A stretch of 64,000 bases of DNA from Candidatus Pampinifervens sinense (GCA_037927135.1 JAXSPP010000004.1:32001-96000), one strand, 5' to 3'; positions 8,857 to 18,580 are shown, numbered from the stretch's first letter. Notes: a model not told the origin generated them from the sequence alone. A program made the numbers and translations.

Positions 8857-9261
8857 TTAGCATGTTTTCAAGTTTGTTCTTTTACATATACCGTTTATCA
8901 AATTCAGGACCTCTCCCCTTGACCTGCTGCCAAAGATGGCTCCAAGTATCTTGTCCTGCCTTGGGTCATAGAAAACTATGGTTGGCACGCCGGGAACACC
9001 TAGCTTCCTTGCCCATTTGCTACCCTCTTCTGAATATATATTAAGGCTAATTACCACAAAGTTTTCAAGCTTTCTTTGTACATCCTCCTGGTTTAGCACA
9101 AACTCTTCCATCTGGGCACAATAAGGACAATGCTTGCTATAAAAGTAGAAGGCCACTGGCTTGTTTTCTTTCTTTGAAGCCTCCAAACCCTTTTCTGCAT
9201 TTGTGAACCATCCACCCAATCCTATTCCTATAAACAAAAGCAGGCCTATAAGCGCCCTCAT
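8857..9261 (-). CDS. Periplasmic thioredoxin-fold protein (SoxW-like)
   Basis: CPYC motif, GVPT cis-Pro loop, N-terminal hydrophobic signal; first gene of the sox cluster. Confidence 0.8.
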   Translation of the reverse strand: MRALIGLLLFIGIGLGGWFTNAEKGLEASKKENKPVAFYFYSKHCPYCAQMEEFVLNQEDVQRKLENFVVISLNIYSEEGSKWARKLGVPGVPTIVFYDPRQDKILGAIFGSRSRGEVLNLINGICKRTNLKTC

Positions 9262-9272
9262 AACACTTATCT

Positions 9273-9324
9273 ATGATACAGATTTGAGAATCGTTTGCAA
9301 TAAGAAGATTTTATGATAGCATAA
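9273..9324 (-). promoter_or_regulatory. Putative sox promoter (TTGCAA-16-TATCAT) with two inverted repeats
   Basis: -35 at 9300-9295 and -10 at 9278-9273; imperfect IR TTGAGAATCGTTTGCAA at 9284-9300; TTATG-N4-CATAA at 9311-9324. Confidence 0.5.
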
Positions 9325-9353
9325 GAACTATTAATGTCAGAATATAAGGATTT

Positions 9354-10205
9354 TTAATTTTCCTCAAGAGACCTTCTTTTATAACTTGCCTTAGAAAGAT
9401 AGCTTTCTAGCTTCAATGGATCTCCTTCTAGCATCAATCTTTTGAGCTCTTTTAGGGCTTCCTCAAAAACTACCATTGCCTTAATTACCTCATCTTTATT
9501 CTCAAGGAATATATCTCTCCACATGATGGGGTCTGAGGCTGCTATACGCGTAAAGTCTTTGAAGCCTCCACCAGGATATTTAAAAAGGTTTATTTTTTCG
9601 CTTAGCCTATCAATGGTTTCTATGAGGGCAAAGGCTACCGCATGGGGAAGGTGAGAGACAGCACCGAAAACAAAATCATGAAGGTATGGATCCATATCTT
9701 CCACAAGTGATCCAAGCCCTTCCCAAAGCTTTCTGATCTTTTCTTTTGCCACAGGGTCTGTGTTTGGAGTGGGTGTAAGCACAAACCTTTTTCCTTTAAA
9801 AAGATCCTTTAGTGCATTTTCAACGCCCGCTTTTTCTGTGCCAGCGATGGGATGGCCTCCCACAAACCTGCTTCCCAGGATCTCTTCCATTCTGTAAACA
9901 AGCCTACCTTTAACGGAGCCAAGGTCTGAAACTATGCACTTTGGGCTTATAAGTTCTTTTAAAGCTAGAGCTATGCCTTCAAAGGCCCTCACGGGCGTAG
10001 CAAGCATAACCAAGTCTGGGTTAAATTCTTTGATGTCTTCTATGGAAAGGCTCCCCTCATCTATTACTCCAAGCTCTAAGGCCTTTTCTATAGATTCCTT
10101 CTTTATATCAATGCCGAAGATCTTGGAACCGAAAGCCTCTTTGCATGCAAGGGCAAAGGAGCCTCCCATAAAGCCCACACCTATCACCGCTACCCTTTCA
10201 AACAT
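9354..10205 (-). CDS. tyrA: Prephenate dehydrogenase
   Basis: GVGFMGGS, SDLGSVK, GGHPIAGTE, SHLPH, DFTRIA. Confidence 0.93.
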   Translation of the reverse strand: MFERVAVIGVGFMGGSFALACKEAFGSKIFGIDIKKESIEKALELGVIDEGSLSIEDIKEFNPDLVMLATPVRAFEGIALALKELISPKCIVSDLGSVKGRLVYRMEEILGSRFVGGHPIAGTEKAGVENALKDLFKGKRFVLTPTPNTDPVAKEKIRKLWEGLGSLVEDMDPYLHDFVFGAVSHLPHAVAFALIETIDRLSEKINLFKYPGGGFKDFTRIAASDPIMWRDIFLENKDEVIKAMVVFEEALKELKRLMLEGDPLKLESYLSKASYKRRSLEEN

Positions 10206-11472
10206 CTTGATAGACCACCCTACCTTCAAAGATGGTGTATATTACTTTGCCTTTTAACGGTTTGTTCCAAAGGGGTGTGTTCCTTGATTTAGAAAAGTTT
10301 GTCTCTTCACCAAGTATCCATTCCCTTTCTGGATCAAAGAGGACAAGGTTTGCCTTTGCTCCCACCCTTATACTTCCACAGTCTTCCAAGCCTAATATTT
10401 TTGCCGGATTGCAGGCCATCAGCTCCACCATCTTTGAAAGACTGATGTGTCCTTCTTCCACAAGCTGGAGCATCATGGGAAGAGCTGTCTGCAGGCCTAT
10501 TATGCCCGGCATGGCCTTCTCCAAGGAACCCTTTTCCCATGGCGCGTGGGGTGCATGATCCGTGGCTACACAGTCTATGGTTCCATCCTTTAGGGCTTCA
10601 AGAAGGGCTTTTCTTTGATCTTCTCCCCTCAGTGGTGGGTTTACCTTGGCGTTGGCATAAGAGTTTAAAAGTTCAAGCTCGTTAAAAAGAAGGTGGTATG
10701 GGTTTACCTCACAGCTCACCCTTACTCCCTTATCCTTGAAAAACCTGATAATATCCAAGCTTAGACTACTGCTGACATGCTGTATGTGTATATGGCCACC
10801 TGTATAATAGGCTAAAACACAATCTCTGGCTACAAGGATGTCCTCCGCGGAGGCTGACCGCGAAGCCAAGCCCAAAAGGGAACTCACATATCCATCGTTT
10901 ATGTAGCCGTAAGCGATCCTGTCGTCTTCGCAGTGGTTCATAACAAGGCTTCCCAGCTGTGCGGTAAGCCTTAGGGCCTTTTCCATAAGGCCTGGGTCCA
11001 TAAGGGGAGATCCATCATCGGTAAAGGCCACACAGCCAGCCCTTTTTAGGGCATAAAAGTCTACAAGATCTTTGCCTTTCCTTCCTTTTGTTAAGGCTCC
11101 AGCGGGCAAAACCTTACAAAGCCCTATATCCTCCGCCTTCCTGATTATGTATTGGGCAACCTCTGGAGAGTCTATGGGTGGGTTTGTGTTTGGCATACAT
11201 ACAAGGGTGGTAAAACCGCCCGCCACCGCACTTTTCATACCACTTTCAAGGTCCTCTTTGTACTCCTGACCTGGGTCCCTCAAGTGCACATGCATATCCA
11301 CAAAGGAAGGGCAGGCTATAAGACCATGGGCATCTATTATCTGTGCCTCAAGCTCAAAAAGGCCATCTCCTACACTCTTTATACGACCCTTTTCTATGAG
11401 GATATCTTTGACGCTGTCAAGGCCTTGAGATGGGTCAATTACCCTTGCCCTTTTTATCAAGATCTTTGACAT
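10198..11472 (-). CDS. pyrC: Dihydroorotase (type I)
   Basis: DMHVHLRDPG, MPNT, HCED, KVNPPLR, ATDHAPH. Confidence 0.95.
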   Translation of the reverse strand: MSKILIKRARVIDPSQGLDSVKDILIEKGRIKSVGDGLFELEAQIIDAHGLIACPSFVDMHVHLRDPGQEYKEDLESGMKSAVAGGFTTLVCMPNTNPPIDSPEVAQYIIRKAEDIGLCKVLPAGALTKGRKGKDLVDFYALKRAGCVAFTDDGSPLMDPGLMEKALRLTAQLGSLVMNHCEDDRIAYGYINDGYVSSLLGLASRSASAEDILVARDCVLAYYTGGHIHIQHVSSSLSLDIIRFFKDKGVRVSCEVNPYHLLFNELELLNSYANAKVNPPLRGEDQRKALLEALKDGTIDCVATDHAPHAPWEKGSLEKAMPGIIGLQTALPMMLQLVEEGHISLSKMVELMACNPAKILGLEDCGSIRVGAKANLVLFDPEREWILGEETNFSKSRNTPLWNKPLKGKVIYTIFEGRVVYQDV

Positions 11473-12610
11473 CACATAGATTATAAACCACTTCCTTCAA
11501 GGCCTTATATGGGTTCTTTTCCTCCGTTTCCCATACGAAAACACCACCTTGGGTTAGAATGCCCTTTGCACTGGAAGAAAAGGGATGATGACCGCATACC
11601 ACCACAAGGAGGCCTTTGCTCTTTATCAGTTCTGATAAGGCTTCCTCTCCCTTTGGAAGGCTTGAAAGTCTCTCAGGAGATCCTCCAAAGACCAAAAGCT
11701 CCTTTGCCCTTTCAAAGGTGGGGCTAACTTCTCCCTTTTCATCCACAAGCACACCCACCCTAAGGCTATCTCCATCCACAGGTTCATAGTGTATAAACAC
11801 CATATCAAGCTCCTTTACTTCTTCCTTTAGCTTTTCTTCTATCTTATCCACCGTCTGGTGTATCTTTATAAAGTCTCTTCCTTCAAGCACAAGGATAATG
11901 TCTGCAAAAAGCCTTCCTCCAGAGCTCCTCACAAAGAGCCCTTTTATCTCCTTTACCTCTGGGAAGGAAAGAAGGACCTCCCTTATCCTCTCCAAGGTCT
12001 TTTCATCAGCCGATACGTCCAAAAGCACGGAAACTTCCTTCCAGAGTATGCCGAAGGCCGTATAACCTATTAACATGGCTACACAAAAAGCAAAATACCT
12101 ATCCAGCTGATAACCCATGGAAGCGCTAAGAAGGCTAAGAAGGACCAGGGAAGAGCCAAAGGCATCGGTAAGCGTATGGTAAGAGTCTGCTACAAGGGTT
12201 GGAGAGTTCAGCCTTTTTCCTGCCCTTCTTTCAAAAAAGGAAAGGGTAAGGGAGCTAACCAAGGAGAATAGGATGACCGCTAGACCTAAGCCCAAATACT
12301 CTTCTTTGATGATCACCTCTCTTCCCAGGGCCCTCTTGCCTATTTCATAAGCTGTAAGAAGGAGGAAGAAGGCTATGACTATGGAGCCAAGGTTTTCAAG
12401 CCTATAGAGGCCATAAGGAAACCTTTTGACTTTCTTATCTGAAAGCTTTATGGTGATGAAGGCTATCACAGAGGCAAAAGAGTCGGAAAGGGAGTGGAAT
12501 GCTTCACCTATCATGGAGAGGCTTCCTGTGAGCGTACCCGCCAAAAACTTCAATAGAGACTGTGTGAGGTTGAGGCTGAGGGATATAAGGGCCCAGTGGT
12601 GCTTTTTCAT
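11435..12610 (-). CDS. Cation diffusion facilitator transporter with a C-terminal NifB/NifX-like domain
   Basis: HSLSD, FPYG, ADSYHTLTD, dimerisation domain ending IHYEP; an extra ~110 aa resembling the FeMo-cofactor-biosynthesis fold (VSPTFERAK...VVVCG). Confidence 0.85.
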   Translation of the reverse strand: MKKHHWALISLSLNLTQSLLKFLAGTLTGSLSMIGEAFHSLSDSFASVIAFITIKLSDKKVKRFPYGLYRLENLGSIVIAFFLLLTAYEIGKRALGREVIIKEEYLGLGLAVILFSLVSSLTLSFFERRAGKRLNSPTLVADSYHTLTDAFGSSLVLLSLLSASMGYQLDRYFAFCVAMLIGYTAFGILWKEVSVLLDVSADEKTLERIREVLLSFPEVKEIKGLFVRSSGGRLFADIILVLEGRDFIKIHQTVDKIEEKLKEEVKELDMVFIHYEPVDGDSLRVGVLVDEKGEVSPTFERAKELLVFGGSPERLSSLPKGEEALSELIKSKGLLVVVCGHHPFSSSAKGILTQGGVFVWETEEKNPYKALKEVVYNLCDVKDLDKKGKGN

Positions 12611-13548
12611 CGGTTAAAAGGCATCTTACAGCCCTGATAGCTTCCGCGCCTTTTCATCTCTTCAATTATGGCCTTTATCACCTCTTGTTTTTTTGCATAG
12701 GTGCAATAATCTGGGGCTATAAGCCTGTCCGGTTCTACTTCACCGGTAAGCCTATGTATGACCACGTTAGGAGGCAATATTTCCAGTATGTCCACTGCAT
12801 ACCTAGCATACTCTTCAAGGCTCAAGACCTCAAACTCTCCTCTGAGGTACTGTTCTGCCATTTTTGTGTTCTTTATTATGTGCAAAGGATGGATCTTTAC
12901 ACCATCTATGGGCAAGCTGGCAAGGAGCTTTCCAGTTTCTAGCATATCCTCCCTGTCCTCATAAGGCAGTCCAAGGATAATATGGGCGCACACTTTAAGG
13001 TTTCTCCTCTTGGTCCTTAGGACCGCATCCACAAAGTCCGATACACCATGGGCTCTGTTTATGAACCTCAAGGTCTTAAAGTTAGCACTTTGAAGGCCAT
13101 ACTCTACCCACACTTCAAGGCCTCTTTTTGTGTAGCTCTCAAGGAGGTCAAGGACCCATTCGGGTGCGCAGTCTGGCCTTGTACCCACATCTATGCCTAC
13201 AACCTCCTCAAACTCAAGGGCCGTATCATAAACAGACTTCAAGTATTCATACTCTCCATAGGTGTTGGAATAGGACTGATAGTATACGAAAAAGAGTATA
13301 TTTTTGCCATATCTGTCCTTTGCCCTCCTTATTCCCTTCTCTATCTGTTGCCTTAGTGGAATATGGGGTTCAAGATGGGCTGGCCTTGTGCCAGAAAAGC
13401 AATAGGTGCAACCACCCCTTGCCTTAGTGCCGTCTATGTTAGGGCAGGTAAAGGGTAAAGCTACTGTTATCTTCTGAACTCTCCTTCCATACTTCTCCTT
13501 AAGATAGTCCTTGAGAGAATAATAGGGCAGCTTTTCTGTGGCCAGCAT
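12607..13548 (-). CDS. YhcC/TIGR01212-family radical SAM protein
   Basis: FTCPNIDGT..RGGCTYC, YQSYSNTY, GTRPDC, GVKIHPLHI, IHRLTG. Confidence 0.9.
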   Translation of the reverse strand: MLATEKLPYYSLKDYLKEKYGRRVQKITVALPFTCPNIDGTKARGGCTYCFSGTRPAHLEPHIPLRQQIEKGIRRAKDRYGKNILFFVYYQSYSNTYGEYEYLKSVYDTALEFEEVVGIDVGTRPDCAPEWVLDLLESYTKRGLEVWVEYGLQSANFKTLRFINRAHGVSDFVDAVLRTKRRNLKVCAHIILGLPYEDREDMLETGKLLASLPIDGVKIHPLHIIKNTKMAEQYLRGEFEVLSLEEYARYAVDILEILPPNVVIHRLTGEVEPDRLIAPDYCTYAKKQEVIKAIIEEMKRRGSYQGCKMPFNR

Positions 13549-13606
13549 GGTTATAAATTTATTTACCCTTCCTCTTAGTTGCAATATATTATAATATTTA
13601 GCCTTA

Positions 13607-13679
13607 AGGCGCGTAGCTCAGATGGCAGAGCGCCGCCCTTACAAGGCGGAGGTCGGCGGTTCGAGTCCGCCCGTGCCTA
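13607..13679 (+). tRNA. tRNA-Val(TAC), CCA not encoded
   Basis: AGGCGCG/CGTGCCT acceptor stem; anticodon arm CCGCC-CTTACAA-GGCGG. Confidence 0.96.
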
Positions 13680-13701
13680 TGTGATATAATTTTTATTAAT
13701 A

Positions 13702-13773
13702 GCTGGCGTAGCTCAGTGGTAGAGCGCGGGATTTGTAATCCCGCGGTCGTGGGTTCGACCCCCACCGCCAGCT
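13702..13773 (+). tRNA. tRNA-Thr(TGT), CCA not encoded
   Basis: Cloverleaf with anticodon loop TTTGTAA; preceded by TGaTATAAT at 13682-13690. Confidence 0.96.
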
Positions 13774-13781
13774 TTAAGGCA

Positions 13782-13869
13782 GGAGGGGTGGCCGAGTGGC
13801 CAAAGGCAGGGGACTGTAAATCCCCCGGGCTTCCGCCCTGCGCAGGTTCGAATCCTGCCCCCTCCACCA
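13782..13869 (+). tRNA. tRNA-Tyr(GTA), CCA encoded
   Basis: Anticodon loop CTGTAAA, long variable arm, ends ACCA. Confidence 0.96.
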
Positions 13870-13941
13870 GCGGGCGTAGCTCAGTGGTAGAGCAGCTGCC
13901 TTCCAAGCAGCAGGTCGCGGGTTCGAGTCCCGTCGCCCGCT
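13870..13941 (+). tRNA. tRNA-Gly(TCC), directly abutting tRNA-Tyr
   Basis: GCGGGCG/CGCCCGC acceptor; anticodon loop CTTCCAA. Confidence 0.96.
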
Positions 13942-13963
13942 CTTAAAATTGATGCTTAAAACA

Positions 13964-14036
13964 GCCCAGGTAGCTCAGGAGGCAGAGCACACCCTTGGTA
14001 AGGGTGAGGTCGCCGGTTCAAGTCCGGTCCTGGGCT
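13964..14036 (+). tRNA. tRNA-Thr(GGT), CCA not encoded
   Basis: Anticodon loop TTGGTAA; completes the thr-tyr-gly-thr-tuf arrangement. Confidence 0.96.
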
Positions 14037-14039
14037 TAA

Positions 14040-15279
14040 TAAGGAGGTAAGCGATGGCGAAGGAAAAGTTTGTGAGAGAAAAGGAGCATGTGAACGTAGG
14101 AACCATAGGGCACGTAGACCATGGCAAATCTACCCTTACATCAGCCATTACATGCGTGCTTGCAGCTGGGCTAATGCCTGGCGGTAAGGCAAGGTGCACC
14201 AAGTATGAGGAGATAGACAAGGCACCGGAAGAGAGGGAAAGGGGAATAACCATAAACATCACCCACGTGGAGTATGAGACACCCAAGAGGCACTATGCCC
14301 ATGTGGACTGTCCTGGGCATGCGGACTACATAAAGAACATGATTACTGGTGCTGCTCAGATGGATGGTGCCATACTGGTGGTATCTGCTGCTGATGGGCC
14401 GATGCCACAGACGAGGGAACATGTGCTTTTGGCAAGGCAGGTGAACGTACCATACATAGTGGTATTTTTGAACAAGTGTGATATGGTAGATGATCCTGAA
14501 CTTTTAGATCTTGTGGAGCTTGAGGTGAGGGAGTTATTAAACAAGTATGAGTTTCCTGGAGATGAGGTGCCAGTGATAAGGGGTTCAGCTTTAGGGGCGT
14601 TGCAGGAGCTTGAGGCTGGCAAGCCTGACAAGTGGTGTCAATCAATAGTGAAGCTATTGGAGGCCATAGACGAGTACATACCCACACCGCAGAGGGAAGC
14701 GGACAAGCCATTTTTGATGCCTATAGAGGACGTGTTTTCCATATCTGGGCGTGGAACGGTTGTGACAGGGAGGGTAGAGAGGGGTACATTAAAGCCTGGA
14801 GAGGAGGTAGAGGTAGTAGGGCTAAGGGAGGAGCCCATAAGGACAGTGGCCACATCAATAGAGATGTTTAGGAAGGTGTTGGATGAGGCATTACCTGGGG
14901 ATAACATAGGAGTGTTGCTTAGGGGGTTGGGTAAGGATGATGTGGAGAGGGGGCAAGTGTTGGCGAAGCCTGGAACGGTGAAGGCACACAGGAGGTTCAA
15001 GGCACAGGTGTATGTGCTAACCAAGGAGGAAGGAGGAAGGCATACACCATTTTTTGTGAACTACAGGCCACAGTTTTACTTTAGGACGGCGGATGTGACT
15101 GGTACTGTGGTGAAGTTGCCTGAGGGACAAGAGATGGTGATGCCTGGGGACAATGTGGAGCTTGAGGTAGAACTTGTCAAGCCTGTGGCTATGGAGGAAG
15201 GGCTAAGGTTTGCCATAAGGGAAGGTGGAAAGACTGTTGGAGCGGGTGTAGTCACAAAAATTATTGAGTGAGGTGTAAA
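14040..15279 (+). repeat. Near-identical direct repeat of tuf plus flanks (partner at 30839-32078)
   Basis: Identical proteins; the only difference I found by eye is GAA/GAG at codon 4; shared SD and 3' flank. Confidence 0.9.
14054..15271 (+). CDS. tuf: Elongation factor Tu (copy 1)
   Basis: [27 protein letters not shown]. Confidence 0.99.
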   Translation: MAKEKFVREKEHVNVGTIGHVDHGKSTLTSAITCVLAAGLMPGGKARCTKYEEIDKAPEERERGITINITHVEYETPKRHYAHVDCPGHADYIKNMITGAAQMDGAILVVSAADGPMPQTREHVLLARQVNVPYIVVFLNKCDMVDDPELLDLVELEVRELLNKYEFPGDEVPVIRGSALGALQELEAGKPDKWCQSIVKLLEAIDEYIPTPQREADKPFLMPIEDVFSISGRGTVVTGRVERGTLKPGEEVEVVGLREEPIRTVATSIEMFRKVLDEALPGDNIGVLLRGLGKDDVERGQVLAKPGTVKAHRRFKAQVYVLTKEEGGRHTPFFVNYRPQFYFRTADVTGTVVKLPEGQEMVMPGDNVELEVELVKPVAMEEGLRFAIREGGKTVGAGVVTKIIE

Positions 15280-15281
15280 GG

Positions 15282-15440
15282 ATGGCTGCGGTGAGAGAGG
15301 TAATAGTATTGGCATGCACAGAATGCAAAAGGAGGAACTACTCTACCACTAAGAATAAGCAGAAGCATCCTCAAAGGCTGGAGCTCAGAAAGTATTGCAA
15401 ATGGTGTAAAAAGCATACTATACATAGAGAGGTAAAGTAG
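15282..15440 (+). CDS. rpmG: 50S ribosomal protein L33 (zinc-binding type)
   Basis: Not in the ORF track. Manual translation: [52 protein letters not shown]. Confidence 0.97.
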   Translation: MAAVREVIVLACTECKRRNYSTTKNKQKHPQRLELRKYCKWCKKHTIHREVK

Positions 15441-15512
15441 GGGCGCTAGCTCAATTGGCAGAGCGCGGGACTCCAAATCCCGCGGGTGGGGGTTCGAGTC
15501 CTCCGCGCCCCG
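15440..15512 (+). tRNA. tRNA-Trp(CCA); first base shared with the rpmG stop codon; CCA end not encoded
   Basis: GGGGCGC/GCGCCCC acceptor with G73; anticodon loop CTCCAAA. Confidence 0.95.
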
Positions 15513-15528
15513 CAGGAAAGGTTTTAGC

Positions 15529-15720
15529 ATGGACAGGATAAAGGAGTTTCTAAAAAGCTTGAAAAAGGAGATTGATAGGGTTTCTTGGCCTCAAAGGGAT
15601 TTGGTTGTAAAAGCCACAATTAGTGTTATAATATTTTCTTTAGCTTTAGGTGTAGGTTTGTGGATCTTTGACCTTATATTTACTAGGGTGGTGCACTTTT
15701 TACTTTCTTTGAGGGGCTGA
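15529..15720 (+). CDS. secE: Preprotein translocase SecE
   Basis: EIDRVSWP motif plus one TM helix; lies between tRNA-Trp and nusG. Confidence 0.93.
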   Translation: MDRIKEFLKSLKKEIDRVSWPQRDLVVKATISVIIFSLALGVGLWIFDLIFTRVVHFLLSLRG

Positions 15721-15722
15721 TT

Positions 15723-16448
15723 ATGGAGGAGTTTAAGTGGTATGCCTTGCAGGTTGAGGCTGGAAAGGAGGCTACAGCAAAGGAGAACCTTTTGAAGGTT
15801 TTAGAGCTTGAAGGCTTATCTGATCAAGTGGAAGAGGTGGTGGTTCCAGCGGAGGAAAAGGTGGTTATAAAGACTATGGGAAAGGAGAAGTATAGGCTAT
15901 CTTTGCGTGGAAACAACAGGGATATAAGCGTGCTTGGTAAAAAGGGTGTGACCACCTTTAGGATAGAGAACGGTGAGGTGAGGGTGATAGAGAGTGTAGA
16001 GGGAGACTTGTGTGTTGAAGCTCCACCCATATCAAAGCCCGGTCAGAAGATAACCTGTAAGGAGAATAAGACGGAGGCAAAGATAATACTTGAGTCTAAG
16101 ATGTTTCCAGGTTATCTGTTGATAAAGGCTAAGATGAGCGATGCCCTTTTGCGTGCTATAGAGAAGACTCCCCACGTATACAGGCCCGTTTTGGTAGGCG
16201 GTAAAGTGGCCCCCCTTGATGAAAAGGAAGTGGAAAGGATAATAGCCTTTGTAAAGAAGGGTGTGAAACCTGTAAGGGTTCTCTTTGAGAAGGGTGATCA
16301 GGTTAGGGTGATAGAGGGTCCCTTTATGAACTTTACTGGCACGGTGGAAGAGGTCTATCCTGAAAAGGAAAAGGTTGTTGTTCTTGTAAGCATATTTGGA
16401 AGGCTCACCCCCGTAGAGTTAGACTATTCTCAAGTAGAAAAGCTTTAA
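15723..16448 (+). CDS. nusG: NusG with an inserted domain
   Basis: WYALQV, FPGY, KOW domain; ~70-aa insert as known for Aquifex NusG. Confidence 0.96.
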   Translation: MEEFKWYALQVEAGKEATAKENLLKVLELEGLSDQVEEVVVPAEEKVVIKTMGKEKYRLSLRGNNRDISVLGKKGVTTFRIENGEVRVIESVEGDLCVEAPPISKPGQKITCKENKTEAKIILESKMFPGYLLIKAKMSDALLRAIEKTPHVYRPVLVGGKVAPLDEKEVERIIAFVKKGVKPVRVLFEKGDQVRVIEGPFMNFTGTVEEVYPEKEKVVVLVSIFGRLTPVELDYSQVEKL

Positions 16449-16461
16449 AGGAGGAGTTAGA

Positions 16462-16896
16462 ATGAAAAAGGTGACAGCGGTTGTGGAGCTTATGTTGCCA
16501 GCACAGCAGGCAACACCCGCTCCACCGGTAGGACCTGCCCTTGGACAGCATGGTGTAAACATTATGGAGTTTGTAAAACAGTTTAACGCAGCAAGCAAGG
16601 ACTATGAGCCTGGTACCATACTTCCCGTAGTGATAACCATCTATCAGGATAGAAGCTTTAGCTTTGTATTGAAAACACCACCCGTTTCCTACCTTTTGAA
16701 GAAGGCTGCAAAGGTGCAAAAGGGTTCCTCCGACCCTAAGAAGCAGAAGGTGGGCAAGGTTACCCTACAGCAGGTGGAAGAAATTGCTAAAATAAAACTA
16801 AAGGATATGAACACAAAGGATCTGAAGGCTGCCATAAGGCAGATAATAGGAACGGCTAAAAGTATGGGAATAGAAGTAGAAGGATGGAAGGAGTAG
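16462..16896 (+). CDS. rplK: 50S ribosomal protein L11
   Basis: [21 protein letters not shown]. Confidence 0.98.
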   Translation: MKKVTAVVELMLPAQQATPAPPVGPALGQHGVNIMEFVKQFNAASKDYEPGTILPVVITIYQDRSFSFVLKTPPVSYLLKKAAKVQKGSSDPKKQKVGKVTLQQVEEIAKIKLKDMNTKDLKAAIRQIIGTAKSMGIEVEGWKE

Positions 16897-16900
16897 AGCC

Positions 16901-17626
16901 ATGACTAGAGGCAAAAGGTATAAAAAGTGTTTAGAGTTGTACGATAGGAACGCATTATACTCGGTGGACAGTGCGGTAGAGATACTCAAAAGGTTTCAGC
17001 AGGAGTGTGGTACAAAGTTTGATCAGACGGTAGAGCTTGCTATGAGGCTTGGTGTAGACCCTAAGTATGCTGACCAGATGGTAAGGGGATCTGTGGTCCT
17101 CCCTCATGGCCTTGGAAAGGAGATAAAAGTGCTTGTGCTCGCAGAGGGTGAATACCAAAAGATAGCAAAAGAGGCTGGTGCGGACTATGTGGGTGGTGAA
17201 GAGCTTATAAACAAGATAGCCAAGGAAGAATGGGTGGATTACGATGTGGTGATAGCCACACCGGAGATAATGCCAAAGGTGGCAAAGCTTGGTAAGATAC
17301 TTGGTCCAAAGGGTCTTATGCCAAACCCAAAAACAGGAACGGTGACCACAAACCTAAAGCAGGCCATAGAGGAGGCTAAGAAGGGAAGGGTGGAGTTCAG
17401 GGTAGACAAGACGGGAAATGTGCATATGCCTGTGGGTAAGATATCCTTTGAAAACCAAAAGCTAATTGAGAACATATATACTGCCATAGATGCGGTGGTA
17501 AAGGCAAAGCCTCCAGGTGCTAAGGGACAGTATGTAAAAAGCATAAGCCTTAGCCTTACTATGAGCCCTTCCGTTAAGATAGATGTGGCTTCCACTCTTA
17601 GAAAGCTTCAAGAGTTGGTAGCTTAG
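16901..17626 (+). CDS. rplA: 50S ribosomal protein L1
   Basis: [23 protein letters not shown]. Confidence 0.98.
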   Translation: MTRGKRYKKCLELYDRNALYSVDSAVEILKRFQQECGTKFDQTVELAMRLGVDPKYADQMVRGSVVLPHGLGKEIKVLVLAEGEYQKIAKEAGADYVGGEELINKIAKEEWVDYDVVIATPEIMPKVAKLGKILGPKGLMPNPKTGTVTTNLKQAIEEAKKGRVEFRVDKTGNVHMPVGKISFENQKLIENIYTAIDAVVKAKPPGAKGQYVKSISLSLTMSPSVKIDVASTLRKLQELVA

Positions 17627-17638
17627 GAGGATGAGCCT

Positions 17639-18172
17639 ATGAGGAAGAGTTTAGAGCTGAAGGCCAAATTGGTAGAGTCATACAAGGAGAGGATAAATAG
17701 GTCCAATCTGGTCATATTCTTTGACTTTACCGGCATTGATGCACCATCAATAACCAAGCTAAGGGCGGATGTGAAGGATGTGGGTGGTGAGATGCTGGTT
17801 GGCAAAAACTCCCTCTTCTACAGAGCCTTTATGGATACGGTGATGGCTGATCACAGGGAGGTGCTCACTGGTCCCACCGCTCTATTCTTCGCCTACGAGG
17901 ACCCTGTAAAGGTGGCCAAAGTGGTCTTTGATTTTATAAAGGAACTGGACAAGGAAAACTATCTGGCGAGAATAAAAGGCGGTTTTATGCAGGGAAGGTT
18001 CTTAAAGCCTAAAGAAGTGCAGGCCATAGCAGAACTTCCACCCAGAGAAGTCCTCATCTCCAAGCTTATGGGAGCAATACAAGGTCCCATATATGCCCTT
18101 GTTATGGCCCTCAAGTCTGCACCTCAAAAGCTTGTGCTTACATTAAAGGCCATTGAAGAAAAGAAATCTTAA
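17639..18172 (+). CDS. rplJ: 50S ribosomal protein L10
   Basis: LR..VK...VGKNSL, LTGPTA, IAELP; position. Confidence 0.95.
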   Translation: MRKSLELKAKLVESYKERINRSNLVIFFDFTGIDAPSITKLRADVKDVGGEMLVGKNSLFYRAFMDTVMADHREVLTGPTALFFAYEDPVKVAKVVFDFIKELDKENYLARIKGGFMQGRFLKPKEVQAIAELPPREVLISKLMGAIQGPIYALVMALKSAPQKLVLTLKAIEEKKS

Positions 18173-18187
18173 TAAGGAGGTATAAAG

Positions 18188-18580
18188 ATGGCAACACTTA
18201 CCGTTGACGAAATCGTAGAGGCTATAGGCAACCTTACCCTTCTAGAGGTTGCCGAACTTGTAAAGAAGCTTGAGGAGAAGTTTGGAGTTTCTGCTACTAT
18301 GGTAGCTGCAGCTCCTGCCGTGGCTGTAGCTGGAGCACCAGCCGCCGGAGCACCCGCCGCTGAAGAGAAGACGGAGTTTGATGTGATACTCAAATCCGCC
18401 GGAGCCAACAAGATTAACGTGATAAAGGTGGTAAGGGAGATCACAGGGCTTGGACTGAAGGAAGCCAAGGATCTTGTGGAGAGCGCACCAAAGCCTGTGA
18501 AGGAAGGGGTTTCCAAAGAGGAGGCAGAGAAGATAGCGGCCAAGCTAAGGGAGGCAGGAGCAGAGGTGGAGATAAAGTAA
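18188..18580 (+). CDS. rplL: 50S ribosomal protein L7/L12
   Basis: [20 protein letters not shown]. Confidence 0.98.
   Translation: MATLTVDEIVEAIGNLTLLEVAELVKKLEEKFGVSATMVAAAPAVAVAGAPAAGAPAAEEKTEFDVILKSAGANKINVIKVVREITGLGLKEAKDLVESAPKPVKEGVSKEEAEKIAAKLREAGAEVEIK

Noticed and set aside
13604-13946. ORFs of 100 aa (-) and 76 aa (+)
   Set aside because: They lie over the tRNA cluster and are artefacts of GC-rich tRNA sequence.
14171-15530. Antisense and alternative-frame ORFs duplicated at 30970-32246
   Set aside because: Repeated only because tuf is duplicated; no coding hallmarks.
15860-16090. NusG insertion as a novelty
   Set aside because: Already known structurally from Aquifex NusG.
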